Part shown: positions 17,664-27,633 of the stretch, piece by piece
Numbering within the stretch: the stretch's first letter is position 1
How the letters are laid out: every line of letters begins with the position of its first letter
Source of the DNA: Acidobacteriota bacterium
GTDB lineage: Bacteria > Acidobacteriota > Vicinamibacteria > Vicinamibacterales > 2-12-FULL-66-21
NCBI GenBank assembly: GCA_003222675.1
Contig: QHWT01000046.1
Span: forward strand, 51,987-115,986
Direction: 5' to 3'
DNA: 64,000 nt
Program-made: the position numbers and the translations under genes
Notes under the pieces: generated by a model
Told to the model about the DNA's origin: nothing
What the model saw: the letters and a program-made list of their open reading frames with translations, nothing else
The model's database searches: none

Positions 17664-18695
17664 ATGAAGATCGCTTTGATCGCCTCACTGGGCGTGTGCG
17701 CGGGGCTTACTGTTGCGTCCCGCTCGCCGGCCCCCTTCTCAGCTGAGCATCACCTTCGCAACATTCGACAGCTCACCTTCGGCGGAGAGAACGCCGAGGC
17801 GTACTTCTCGCCCGATGGCACGCGCCTCATCTTCCAGTCCACACGCGACGGCTACCCGTGCGACCAGATCTACACCATGAAGATGGACGGCACCGACGTG
17901 CGTCGAGTCAGCACGGGGAAGGGGCGCACGACGTGCGGTTATTACTATCCTGGTGCGAACGAGATTCTCTTCGCGTCGACGCACCGCGCCGGAGATGCGT
18001 GTCCGCCGAAGCCGAGCTACGAGCGCGGCTACGTCTGGCCGATTTACGAGGGCTACGACATTTACCGCTCTGATCCCGACGGCGCGAACGTGAAGCCGCT
18101 CACGACAACGCCTGGCTACGATGCGGAAGCGACGATCGCGCCGGACGGGCTCATCGCCTTCACCAGCGTGCGCGACGGCGACTTGGAGATCTACACGATG
18201 AAGCATGACGGCGCCGACGTGCGCCGATTGACTCATCGTCTGGGTCCCGACGGCGGCCCGTTCTTTTCATGGGATGGACGGCGTATTGCGTATCGCGGAC
18301 GTCCGCTGAAGCCGGGACGCGAGCTCGACGACTACCTGGCGCTGTTGAAGGAACACTTGTGGCGGCCGACTCAGCTCGAGCTCTACGTGATGGATCGCGA
18401 CGGCGGGAACAATCGGCAGCTGACAACGCTCGGCGCCGCCAGCTTTGCGCCGTCGTGGCACCCTGACGGCAAGCGGCTCGTATTCGCGTCGAATAAGAAT
18501 GATCCGAAGCAGCGCAACTTCGACGTGTACTTGATCAATCTGGACGGCTCTGGCCTCGAGCAAGTCACGTTCAACGAAACATTCGATGGCTTCCCGATGT
18601 TTTCCCCCGACGCGAAGCACCTGGTCTTCTCGTCGAATCGCAATGCGAAAGTCGTAGGGGAGACGAACATCTTCACGGCCGATTGGGTCGATTGA
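17664..18695 (+). CDS. periplasmic PD40/TolB-like beta-propeller repeat protein
   Basis: Signal peptide. Repeated FSPDG..I.F.S.RDG / Y.M..DG...R.LT units. Confidence 0.8.
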   Translation: MKIALIASLGVCAGLTVASRSPAPFSAEHHLRNIRQLTFGGENAEAYFSPDGTRLIFQSTRDGYPCDQIYTMKMDGTDVRRVSTGKGRTTCGYYYPGANEILFASTHRAGDACPPKPSYERGYVWPIYEGYDIYRSDPDGANVKPLTTTPGYDAEATIAPDGLIAFTSVRDGDLEIYTMKHDGADVRRLTHRLGPDGGPFFSWDGRRIAYRGRPLKPGRELDDYLALLKEHLWRPTQLELYVMDRDGGNNRQLTTLGAASFAPSWHPDGKRLVFASNKNDPKQRNFDVYLINLDGSGLEQVTFNETFDGFPMFSPDAKHLVFSSNRNAKVVGETNIFTADWVD

Positions 18696-18711
18696 GGCCG
18701 ATCGATTACAA

Positions 18712-19281
18712 TTGCGGTCCTTCATGGCCAGTTCGTGGAAGGGTGGCCTGCCGACGCTCCGGCAAGGGCGCGTATCGCTGCGCGAGATCCAGCCGGAAGA
18801 CGAGGATCCGATTGTCGCGCTGTTCCGCGATCCGCGGGTCAGCAGACACCTCGCCGATCCGCCGCGAAGCCGAAAAGCTTTTCGCCAGTTCGTCAAGTGG
18901 TCTGCCGGCACGCGCCTCGCGGGGAGGTACACCGGCTTTGCCGTGCGCCAGGGCGCTCGAACGGTCGGCATGATGTACGTCTGGGTCGTCGCGCCGGGCA
19001 CCGCGGAGATCGGATTCGCGCTGAGCCCGCCCATGTGGGGCACGGGGCTGTTCCGCGCTGCGGGCGGCCTGCTCTGCCGCTTCGCCTTCGACGTGATGAA
19101 GCTGCATCGCCTCGAGATGCGCATCGCGGCCGAGAACACGCGAGCGCAGGTGGCGGTCTACAAGCTTGGCGCGACGCCCGAGGGCCTGCTGCGCGATTCC
19201 TTTCTCAAGGACGGCCGCTATCACGACTCCGTCATGTTCCGCCTGCTTCGCCCCGAATTCATGGCGACGCTGCGGTCCTGA
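18712..19281 (+). CDS. GNAT family N-acetyltransferase (RimJ/RimL-like)
   Basis: LRQGRVSLREIQPEDEDPIVALFRDPRVSRHL..., HRLEMRIAAENTRAQVAVYKLGATPEGLLRDSF. Confidence 0.75.
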   Translation: MRSFMASSWKGGLPTLRQGRVSLREIQPEDEDPIVALFRDPRVSRHLADPPRSRKAFRQFVKWSAGTRLAGRYTGFAVRQGARTVGMMYVWVVAPGTAEIGFALSPPMWGTGLFRAAGGLLCRFAFDVMKLHRLEMRIAAENTRAQVAVYKLGATPEGLLRDSFLKDGRYHDSVMFRLLRPEFMATLRS

Positions 19282-19366
19282 ATCCCGAGTCCGGTTCTTT
19301 GGAAATCCCGTGGCTTCCGCCTTCAGGCGGAAGAAACAGGTTCTGTCATGGGATAATCAATCGAGT

Positions 19367-19443
<77 letters not shown>

Positions 19444-19549
19444 ATTTTGGCGCTCCCGCCGGCGCTGCGCGCCGGTGCCCTCCGGCCGCTCGCTTAGGCT
19501 CGCTCCACTCGCTCCCGCTTCGCCGGGTCACTCCGTTCCGCTCGCAGTT

Positions 19550-20764
19550 TTACGAGATTTTTCGAAAGCTCGCGCCCCTCGCTTCTGGACCTGCCGCAAT
19601 CACCGCCACAGCGACGATGAACACGACCGTCATCAACAGGCCCATCGACTGCCGATACGTGAAGAGCTCGCCCAACGCCGATTCGATGTAGGGGATGCTC
19701 GACGCGCAGAGCACGCCCAGCTGGTAGGCGAAGCCTGGGAAGAACCCGCGAATCGCACCGGGCGAGAGCTCGTTGATGTGCGCCGGAATCACGCCCCACG
19801 CGCCTTGCACGAAGAACTGCATCATGAACACGCCCGCGATCGTGGTCAGCGCGCCGACTCCGGCAATCCAGAACGGCAGCACGAAAACGGCGCATGTGCA
19901 TGCCGTGATCATCGCGCGCCGGCGTCCGCGCCGATCGGAGTAGTAGCCAAAGACCAGTCCGCCGAGCATGGCGCCGACCATGGAGATCATCGTGAGGTCG
20001 GCAATCCGCGCCTTCGAGTAGCCGATCGTGGCGAGCAGCGTCGGGTACATGTCCTGCGTGCCGTGCGAGACGAAGTTCATCATTGCCATGAGCAGCACGA
20101 GATACAGGAAGCGTCGGAGATGCTGCACGAGGACGCGGCGATAGGTCACCCAATCGGTACGATGCTCGTGCCACGCCGGCGATTCCTTGACGCGCGCGCG
20201 AATGAACAGCGACAGCAGCGCGGGCAGGCCGCCGATGAAGAACATGATGCGCCAGCCGTTTCCCGGGTAGTGCGCGTTGGCGACGGGATAGATCGTGCGG
20301 AACGCGAGCGCCGCGAGCAGATTGCCGATCGCGTAGCCCTCCTGAAGGAACCCGGAGAGCACGCCGCGCAGGCGCGGCGGCGCGAATTCGAGCGCCAGCG
20401 ACGCGCCGACGCCCCATTCGCCGCCCATGCCGACGCCGAAGAGCATGCGGAGCAGCAGGAACACGCCATAGCTCGGCGCCAGGCCGCACAATACGGAGAT
20501 CACCGCATAGAAGATGACGTTGAGCATGAGCGGCAGACGCCGGCCGTAGCGGTCGGCCATGAGGCCGAAGACAATCGCGCCGAGGGGGCGCATCGCCAGC
20601 GTCAGCGTGATCGCGAGCGCGACCTGTGGCCGCGTCTTGCCGAATGCCGCCGCGATGTCGTCTAGAACGAGCGTCAGGATGAAGAAGTCGAAGGCATCGA
20701 GCGTCCACCCGAGAAATCCGGCAACGACGGCGTTTCGCTGATCGCGCCGCTCAGCAGTGAACAT
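19550..20764 (-). CDS. MFS transporter
   Basis: 404 aa with about 12 hydrophobic segments. MFS loop motif GLMADRYGRRLPLM. Confidence 0.85.
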   Translation of the reverse strand: MFTAERRDQRNAVVAGFLGWTLDAFDFFILTLVLDDIAAAFGKTRPQVALAITLTLAMRPLGAIVFGLMADRYGRRLPLMLNVIFYAVISVLCGLAPSYGVFLLLRMLFGVGMGGEWGVGASLALEFAPPRLRGVLSGFLQEGYAIGNLLAALAFRTIYPVANAHYPGNGWRIMFFIGGLPALLSLFIRARVKESPAWHEHRTDWVTYRRVLVQHLRRFLYLVLLMAMMNFVSHGTQDMYPTLLATIGYSKARIADLTMISMVGAMLGGLVFGYYSDRRGRRRAMITACTCAVFVLPFWIAGVGALTTIAGVFMMQFFVQGAWGVIPAHINELSPGAIRGFFPGFAYQLGVLCASSIPYIESALGELFTYRQSMGLLMTVVFIVAVAVIAAGPEARGASFRKIS

Positions 20765-20787
20765 GCAGCATTGAGCAGTGACAGGCG

Positions 20788-22047
20788 TTAGAAAGTAAAG
20801 CCTGTGCCGAAATGGAGCCGAGTGCTGTGGCCGTCGAGCGAACGCGCGACGTCGAGGTTGAGGCGGACGAGCGGCGCAACGATGAAGAGACCGCCGCCGG
20901 CGCTGCGGTGACGTTCGGCGTCGGAGAGAGGCTGACCGTACGGCGCGTCGATGCCGGCGTCCATGAACACGTTGAATCCCACGCGGCCCGTGCTCAGCGG
21001 CGACGAGAACGGCACGCGTAATTCAACGCCGCCGAACAGCCGTTTGTCCCCGGCGAGGGTCCCGGCGCGGGTCCCGCGCAGCGAGTCTCCACCGAGCAGC
21101 CATTGCTCGTACCCGGGGAGCGGCGCGCTCGCGGTGTCGTACTGCGCGTGCAGCGCCACGACCGCTTGTCGATAAATCCGTTTGTAGCCGCGGCCATCGA
21201 GCGTGGACCGATCGATGGCCTGACCTGCCGACTGGTGCAGGCGATTCCATCCCGCGCCGAACAGCACGGCATCGCTCGGAAACGCGGGGTCGCTGCGTGT
21301 GTCGAGCGTCACATCCGCGCCCGACGTCCAGAAGTCGCCGTCAGTGCCCGCGAACGTGATGTTGGTGCGACGCGCGTCGGCTCCCAGCGTCAGCAGGCCG
21401 AACAGTCGACGTTCCACGCGGCCCGTGACCTCCGTGCGGCGATCGTCCGCGTGATAGAACGGGTTCTCGCGCTGCGAGATGCCGAACGATCCCAGCACGC
21501 GCGTGAAGGGGCCCGACTTGAACGTCCGCTCCGATTCGAGCGCCGCGCGCCGTGTAGCGCCCCACGATAGCGGAACCGACAACCGTTCTCCCATGCCAAG
21601 CAGATCCACGGCGCTCGTGCGCGCGCCGTACGTCCAGCCATATCCGTCGTCGTAATGCAGGATCGGCAGGAACATCAGGCGGCTCGTCACGCGCTTGAGA
21701 GCAGGCGGCCGCTTGCCCTCGGGGGTGACGCCCGGCCGCTCGTGCACCAGCAAGACGACCGCGACTTCGTCCATCGCAAGCGTGCGATAGCGCTTCCGCA
21801 CCTGCACCTCGTCGAACCGTCCGCTGTCGCGCAGGCGCCGTTCGATCTCCGGCAGCGCGCCGGCCGCGAGCGGGGCGCCAAGCGTGAGTCCCGCCAGCTT
21901 GATCACCTCCTCGTCCTTGATCGTGGCATTGCCGTGCACGCGGATTTCCGCAATCGTGTCGGTCTGCGGCTCCCTCCACGCCTGAAGGGCCGCGCTCCAA
22001 GCGCACAGGCAGGCCGCGAGCGCGACGAACGACAGCGCGTGGCGCAT
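20788..22047 (-). CDS. small Omp85-family outer membrane protein (one POTRA plus surface-antigen barrel)
   Basis: Signal peptide. POTRA-like IAEIRVHGNATIKDEEVIKLAGLTLGAPL. Barrel motifs LLGGDSLRGTRAG...ELRVPF...FMDAG. Ends ...HFGTGFTF. Confidence 0.8.
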   Translation of the reverse strand: MRHALSFVALAACLCAWSAALQAWREPQTDTIAEIRVHGNATIKDEEVIKLAGLTLGAPLAAGALPEIERRLRDSGRFDEVQVRKRYRTLAMDEVAVVLLVHERPGVTPEGKRPPALKRVTSRLMFLPILHYDDGYGWTYGARTSAVDLLGMGERLSVPLSWGATRRAALESERTFKSGPFTRVLGSFGISQRENPFYHADDRRTEVTGRVERRLFGLLTLGADARRTNITFAGTDGDFWTSGADVTLDTRSDPAFPSDAVLFGAGWNRLHQSAGQAIDRSTLDGRGYKRIYRQAVVALHAQYDTASAPLPGYEQWLLGGDSLRGTRAGTLAGDKRLFGGVELRVPFSSPLSTGRVGFNVFMDAGIDAPYGQPLSDAERHRSAGGGLFIVAPLVRLNLDVARSLDGHSTRLHFGTGFTF

Positions 22048-23063
22048 CAGCGCGCCTCCTGCTTCGGGATGCTGACGCGCGAGGAGACGTCCGCCTTGCG
22101 ATAGCGCGAGAAGTCACGGCGATACGCGGCCTCGAACGATCCGTTCGCGAGCGTGATGCCCGCGTGAATCGAGATGTTCCGCGGGAGCCACACGCGCTGG
22201 AATGGCTGGCCCATTTCCATGGACGCGTGCAGATCGTCGATGCGCACGAGCCACGCGGCGGGGAGGAAATCCATCCAGACATTCGCGAACGTGTACTTCA
22301 CGATCTGATGGTTGGTGGGATCCACCCACAGCGTGATCTGCGCGGTCTTGTTCATCTTGCGCTCGAAATCCTGCTCGGTGCGCTGCTCGCGTTGCTCGCG
22401 CTTCGATGCGCGCTCTTCCTTTTTCGTCGACTCCCCCTTCTTCTCCTTTGAACGCTCGGCATCCCTTTCGGCGCGGCCTTCATCGTTGTCATCATCGAAG
22501 AGATGCGTCGGCAGGTAGTCAATGCGGAGGACTTCCTGCGCATCGAGCTTTTCTCGTCCGGCGAGATAGTAGTTGCCCGGCTCGAACTTGAAATCGAGGA
22601 AATACGATTCGGAGACGAATCTCGGCTCGTTGACGGGACGCAGAGCGAAGTCCGGCGCCTTGCCTTCCTTCGCCCGCTCGGCCTCGCGCTCGGTGCGGTG
22701 CTTCCGCCGCTCGTTCTCGCTGTTGATCCAACGCTCCTCGTACGCCCTGCGGTCGGACTCTGAGATCGGCACGCCGTCGTACTTGAGCGGGCTGCGCACG
22801 TGAATGCCGTCGCGTACGTACCACGTGTACTCGCGCTTGAAGCGGTTGATGGGGGCGCGTCCCGGGCCGAGGATTTCGAACGTCTCGACTTCATCGAGCA
22901 CGTAGTCGCCAAGCGTCTTCCGATCCACGTCGCGGCGCTGCAGCGCCCGCGCCATGAACGCGTCGAGGTCTGTTGATGTCGACGCCGGCGCCTGCGCCAG
23001 GCCCCCGGCCGATACGACGACGAACAGCGCGAGCGCGCTCAGGAATGGAGCGGGACGAGGCAC
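22047..23063 (-). CDS. secreted hypothetical protein with a highly charged K/E/R insert (possible LolA-like fold), translationally coupled to the Omp85 gene
   Basis: ORF 22047..23432 trimmed to GTG 23063, downstream of GGGAGGA. This gives the signal peptide (M)PRPAPFLSALALFVVVSAGGLAQA. The stop overlaps the Omp85 start by 1 nt. The fold assignment is a guess. Confidence 0.5.
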   Translation of the reverse strand: MPRPAPFLSALALFVVVSAGGLAQAPASTSTDLDAFMARALQRRDVDRKTLGDYVLDEVETFEILGPGRAPINRFKREYTWYVRDGIHVRSPLKYDGVPISESDRRAYEERWINSENERRKHRTEREAERAKEGKAPDFALRPVNEPRFVSESYFLDFKFEPGNYYLAGREKLDAQEVLRIDYLPTHLFDDDNDEGRAERDAERSKEKKGESTKKEERASKREQREQRTEQDFERKMNKTAQITLWVDPTNHQIVKYTFANVWMDFLPAAWLVRIDDLHASMEMGQPFQRVWLPRNISIHAGITLANGSFEAAYRRDFSRYRKADVSSRVSIPKQEAR

Positions 23064-23189
23064 GGATCCTCCCGGGGCAGTATCGGCAGGCAGCAGCAGC
23101 GTTCTGGTGAGACGGAGCTCAACGGTCCTTTGTTCCATCGGTACGTGCGTTGCAGCCGGCAGACACTGGCCCGGTTCTGGAGGCAACGC

Positions 23190-26100
23190 ATGAAACGAAT
23201 CGTTTCGGCCGTCGTTCTGGCTCTCGGCATTTTGTTCACCGCGCCGGGACTGGTCGACGCGCAGGTTGGCTACTTCGGACAGAACAAGGTGCAGTATCGC
23301 ACCTTCAAGTTCCAGGTAATGAAGACCGCTCATTTCGACGTGTATTACTACCCGGAAGAAGAGAACGCCGCGCGGATGGCGGGACGCATGGCCGAGCGAT
23401 GGTACGCGCGGTTCTCGACACTGTTGAAGCATGAGCTGAAGAACCGCCAGTCGCTCATCCTTTATGGCAGCGGTTCACAGTTCCGCCAGACCAACGTCGT
23501 CGAAGGCGATCTCGGGGAAGGCACCGGCGGCGTCACGGAAGCCTACAAGCGACGTATCGTCCTGCCGTTCGCGGGACCGATTCGATCCACCGATCACGTG
23601 CTGGGCCACGAGATCGTCCACGCATTTCAGTACGACATCACGAACACGAGCGCCAGCGGAGCTGCGAACGGTTCGGCGGGCGCCTTGTCACTGCCGCTGT
23701 GGTTCATCGAGGGGATGGCGGAATACCTCTCGCTCGGTCCGGATGATCCACATACCGCAATGTGGATGCGCGAATCCGTCCGCCGTGAAAAACTTCCCGA
23801 TATCGATCACCTCGACAATCCGCGGTACTTTCCTTATCGCTACGGTGAAGCGTTGTGGGCGTACATCGGCGGCCGGTACGGCGACGACATGGTGGGGCCC
23901 CTCCTCCGTGCCGCGATAGGTAGGGAAGGGTACAAAGGCGCGTTTCAGCGCGTGCTCGGCGTCACCTCGAAGGATCTTTCCACCGAGTGGCACGACGCTA
24001 CTTACGCCGCATACCGACCGATCGCGGAAGCGACGCGGATGCCGGAGGCGTTCGCGCGGCCGCTCGTCACTGACGAGACCCACAAGGGGGGCATGAACGT
24101 CAGCCCCGAGCTGAGCCCTGACGGAACGAGGATCGTGTTCTTCTCCTCGCGCGATCTGTTCTCCATCGATCTCTACGTCGCTGACGCATCGACGGGCAAA
24201 GTGATCCGGAAGATCACCGACACCGCGACGAACGCGCACCTCGACAGCATCGAGTTCATCGAATCGGCCGGTGCCTGGTCGCACGACGGACGTCGATTCG
24301 CATTTCCGGGATTGGGCGGTGGCAATGCGATCGTCACGATTGTGGACATCGAGCGCGGCCGCAAGGAGCGCGAGATCGCGTTGAAGGACCTCGACGAGGT
24401 GCTGAATCCAACGTGGGCGCCGGATGGCCGGCAGCTGGCATTTTCCGCGCTCCTGGGCGGCTACAACGATTTGTTTACTTACGATCTCGAGACCAACCAG
24501 TTGCGCCGTCTGACGAACGACGCGTTCGCGGAGATCCAGCCGTCATGGTCCCCCGACGGACGTTCGATCGCGTTCAGCACGGACCGCTTCAGCACGAACG
24601 TGCGCGATCTTCGCGCGGGCAACCTCCGTCTCGCGACGATCGATCTGGAAAGCGGCCAGGTGCGCGCGCTCGACGGGTTCAACGACGGCAAGAACATCGA
24701 TCCGCAGTGGACGCCGGACGGGCGCGGGCTCTACTTCGTGTCTGACCGCCGCGGCATTTCGAACATCTACCGCCTGGATATCGACACCGGGGCGACCACG
24801 CAGGTGACGAATCTTCTCACGGGTGCGAGCGGGATCACGGAGCTCAGTCCTGCCATCTCGGTCAGTGGGTCACGGCTCGCGTTCAGCGTGTACGAGGACG
24901 AGGGCTACAACATCTACGCGCTGGATACGCCTCAGCAGCTCGCGGGCGTGCCGCTCACGTCCGGCAGTGGCCGCGATGCCGGCGTCTTACCGCCGCGCAC
25001 AACGGGGGAGGGATTCGTCTACTCGTCGCTCAACAACACCGCCGCGGGCCTGCCCGTCACCAATGCGTTTCCTTCCGAAGCCTACCAGCCGAAGCTTACG
25101 GTCGACTTCATCGGCCAGTCCGTTGTCGGCGTTGGCGTCGACAGCTTTGGCGCGTTTGCGGGAGGCGGCATCTCCGCGATGTTCAGCGACATCCTCGGCA
25201 ATCACGTCGTCGCGGGCAGCATTCAATCGACCAACCGCTTCGACGAGACGGGCGGCAGCGTCATCTACTTGAATCGCACGCATCGGTGGAACTGGGGAAC
25301 CTCGATCGACCAGACGCCTTACGTGCTCCGCGGCTTCCAACAATCGCTCGTACCGACATCCGGCGGGCAAGTCGTGGTCCAGGAGGACGAGTTCCGCAGC
25401 ATCCAGACGGATCGCGGCTTCTCGGGCCTCGTCGCGTATCCCTTCAGTCGCGCACAGCGGATCGAGTTCTCCGGCGGGTTACGGCAAATCAGCGGCAAGC
25501 AGGACGTCACGACGCGTCTTTTCGACCCGAACACCGGACAGCAGTTGACCGAGGACACGCAGCGCCTCAGCACGTTCCCCACACTGAACCTCGGAATTGC
25601 CTCGTCGGCGCTCGTCTACGACACGTCGATCTTCGGTGTGACGAGCCCGATCCGCGGCGCGCGCTATCGCTTTCAGATCGACCAGACAACCGGCAGCGTC
25701 ACGTACGGATCGGCGTTGGCCGATGCGCGCACGTATCTGATGCCCGTCCGTCCCGTCACGATCGCGCTGCGGGGGCTGTACTACGGCCGGTACGGCCGGA
25801 GTGCTGAAGACCCGTTGCTGACGCCGGTATTCATCGGCTACCCGGACCTCGTACGCGGCTATGACTACGGGTCATTTGAGGCGCAGGAATGCGGCGTCAC
25901 GGTTGACGGATCGTGCCCGGTGATCGATCGCCTCATCGGGTCGCGCATGATCGTCGCGAACCTGGAGCTGCGCGTGCCGCTCTGGAGCCTCTTTGGCGGC
26001 GGGAATTTCTATGGGCCCCTGCCGATCGAGATGGCGGTGTTCGGCGATGCGGGCGCGGCGTGGGACCGCAGCCGCACGCTGCATCTGACGGGCGTCGATC

Positions 26101-26240
26101 GCAGCCTGGTGCGCAGCGTCGGGGCGGCCGCGCGGATCAACCTGCTCGGCTTCGCGGTCGCGGAGATCGACTACGTGCGTCCGCTCGATCGTCCGCTGCG
26201 CGGCTGGTTGTGGCAGTTCAATCTGAGGCCGGGCTTCTGA
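23190..26240 (+). CDS. outer-membrane fusion protein: N-terminal HExxH (gluzincin-like) domain, PD40 beta-propeller repeats, C-terminal Omp85-type barrel
   Basis: Start at MKRIVSAVVLALGILFTAPGLVDAQ. VLGHEIVHAF plus WFIEGMAEY. Multiple SPDG..(I/L)AF repeats. C-terminal DLVRGYDYGSF...ANLELRVPL...AVFGDAGAAW...VAEIDYVRPL, ending ...FNLRPGF. Confidence 0.8.
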   Translation: MKRIVSAVVLALGILFTAPGLVDAQVGYFGQNKVQYRTFKFQVMKTAHFDVYYYPEEENAARMAGRMAERWYARFSTLLKHELKNRQSLILYGSGSQFRQTNVVEGDLGEGTGGVTEAYKRRIVLPFAGPIRSTDHVLGHEIVHAFQYDITNTSASGAANGSAGALSLPLWFIEGMAEYLSLGPDDPHTAMWMRESVRREKLPDIDHLDNPRYFPYRYGEALWAYIGGRYGDDMVGPLLRAAIGREGYKGAFQRVLGVTSKDLSTEWHDATYAAYRPIAEATRMPEAFARPLVTDETHKGGMNVSPELSPDGTRIVFFSSRDLFSIDLYVADASTGKVIRKITDTATNAHLDSIEFIESAGAWSHDGRRFAFPGLGGGNAIVTIVDIERGRKEREIALKDLDEVLNPTWAPDGRQLAFSALLGGYNDLFTYDLETNQLRRLTNDAFAEIQPSWSPDGRSIAFSTDRFSTNVRDLRAGNLRLATIDLESGQVRALDGFNDGKNIDPQWTPDGRGLYFVSDRRGISNIYRLDIDTGATTQVTNLLTGASGITELSPAISVSGSRLAFSVYEDEGYNIYALDTPQQLAGVPLTSGSGRDAGVLPPRTTGEGFVYSSLNNTAAGLPVTNAFPSEAYQPKLTVDFIGQSVVGVGVDSFGAFAGGGISAMFSDILGNHVVAGSIQSTNRFDETGGSVIYLNRTHRWNWGTSIDQTPYVLRGFQQSLVPTSGGQVVVQEDEFRSIQTDRGFSGLVAYPFSRAQRIEFSGGLRQISGKQDVTTRLFDPNTGQQLTEDTQRLSTFPTLNLGIASSALVYDTSIFGVTSPIRGARYRFQIDQTTGSVTYGSALADARTYLMPVRPVTIALRGLYYGRYGRSAEDPLLTPVFIGYPDLVRGYDYGSFEAQECGVTVDGSCPVIDRLIGSRMIVANLELRVPLWSLFGGGNFYGPLPIEMAVFGDAGAAWDRSRTLHLTGVDRSLVRSVGAAARINLLGFAVAEIDYVRPLDRPLRGWLWQFNLRPGF

Positions 26241-26290
26241 TTGCCGATTGAAGCGTTGAGGGTCGCGGGGACTGTGTTACCGTCAGCGCC

Positions 26291-26770
26291 ATGCACCAGA
26301 ATCCATACGCCGAAGATCTCGGATCGGCCGATCCGCTGACGGCGCTTGCGGAAACCCCCGACCGCATTCGCGCGCTGGTCGAGGGCTGGTCACTCACGCA
26401 GTGGGAACAGCGCTACGCGCCGGGGAAATGGACCGCGCGGCAGGTGATCATCCATCTCGCGCAGACCGAGCTCGCTCTGACGGCGCGCGTGCGATTTGCC
26501 GCCAGCCAGGACGGCTACATCGCGCAGGCGGTCTCTCAGGACGACTGGCTCCCGCTCGACGATCACGCGGACGGCCGCACCGCGTTGGACGCCTACACGG
26601 CGCTGCGGAAGCTGAACGTCCTGATGTTTCAGAACCTGGCGCCGGCGCAGCGAACGCGCTCGTTCACGCATCCGGAATACGGGCAGCTCACACCCGAGTG
26701 GGTCGCTGCGCAGATGGCCGGCCACGACATTCACCACTTGAAGCAGTTAGAAGCAATCAAATCGGCCTAG
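26291..26770 (+). CDS. DinB-family (DinB_2) metal-dependent protein
   Basis: WTARQVIIHLAQTEL...MAGHDIHHLKQLE: His triad spacing typical of the DinB superfamily. Confidence 0.75.
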   Translation: MHQNPYAEDLGSADPLTALAETPDRIRALVEGWSLTQWEQRYAPGKWTARQVIIHLAQTELALTARVRFAASQDGYIAQAVSQDDWLPLDDHADGRTALDAYTALRKLNVLMFQNLAPAQRTRSFTHPEYGQLTPEWVAAQMAGHDIHHLKQLEAIKSA

Positions 26771-26815
26771 GGCTCACGGCTCAGGGCTCATGCTGGCTCA
26801 GGGTTCATGGGCTCG
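26771..26815. repeat. direct heptad array of the GGCTCAN family
   Basis: GGCTCAC GGCTCAG GGCTCAT GCT GGCTCAG GGTTCAT GGGCTCG, starting immediately after the DinB stop. Confidence 0.85.
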
Positions 26816-27025
26816 ACATCGAATCACGAGGCGGCAGTGCAGGTTGTCTTGCAGACGACGTTCGCCATTCTCTGGATCGCGGGATTGATTGGGCTCGTCA
26901 TCGGTATCTATTATGGCGTCTCGCTGCTGGTGCTTGCCGCCGTCTCGAAACTGCTGCCGCTGACCGGGCGGCGCAGCCGTTCGCGCGATCGCGAGGCGTC
27001 TCGCGATCACAGTTGTGATGGGTAG
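26807..27025 (+). CDS. possible small two-TM membrane protein
   Basis: 72-aa ORF with two hydrophobic helices (TTFAILWIAGLIGLVIGIYYGVSLLVLAAV) and a basic tail. The start codon lies inside the heptad array and I see no recognisable family. Confidence 0.35.
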   Translation: MGSTSNHEAAVQVVLQTTFAILWIAGLIGLVIGIYYGVSLLVLAAVSKLLPLTGRRSRSRDREASRDHSCDG

Positions 27026-27118
27026 GCTGTCTCTCCTGTAGACCGGTCTTCAGACCGGCGGTTGCGCGTGCACCCGCACACAAAAAATCTCCTCCCACGC
27101 GTCTATATCCCTGACGAG

Positions 27119-27604
27119 ATGAGCGCGCCCGCGGACGATGCGGACCGCGGGACGATGGTCGCGCGGTGGTACGCGGAGTGCGGCCCGCGGTTATACCGCT
27201 ACGCCGTCATGTTGCTGGCCAATGGCACCGATGCGGAAGACGTGCTGCAACAGGTCTTTGCGACGGCGATGGCCGATCCTCGCGTAGCGCCGGCGCAGCC
27301 CGAGGCTTATCTCCGGACGGCTGTCCGCAACGCCGCGTATTCGCTGCTGCGGCAGCGGCGGACGACGCGTGCGGCTGCGGCGCGGATCCTGCAACCTGTC
27401 GCGTCCGGGTGTTCACCAGCCGAGCAGGCGGCGCTCGAACAGGCGCTCCGACTGCTGCCGCCGGAACAACGCGAGGTGATTCACCTGCACGTCTATGAAG
27501 GGATGACGTTCCAGGAAGTGGCCCGCGCGACGGGCGAGTCGATCAACACCGTCGCAGGACGTTATCGGTATGCGCTCGCGAGGCTCCGCCGCACGCTCTC
27601 ATGA
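27119..27604 (+). CDS. RNA polymerase ECF-type sigma-70 factor
   Basis: Region 2 (DAEDVLQQVFATAM...YLRTAVRNAAYSLLRQRR). Region 4 (LPPEQREVIHLHVYEGMTFQEVARATGESINTVAGRYRYALARLR). Start set at MSAPADD. Confidence 0.85.
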   Translation: MSAPADDADRGTMVARWYAECGPRLYRYAVMLLANGTDAEDVLQQVFATAMADPRVAPAQPEAYLRTAVRNAAYSLLRQRRTTRAAAARILQPVASGCSPAEQAALEQALRLLPPEQREVIHLHVYEGMTFQEVARATGESINTVAGRYRYALARLRRTLS

Positions 27605-27633
27605 GGAACGAATTGGATTGGATCTGGTGATTT

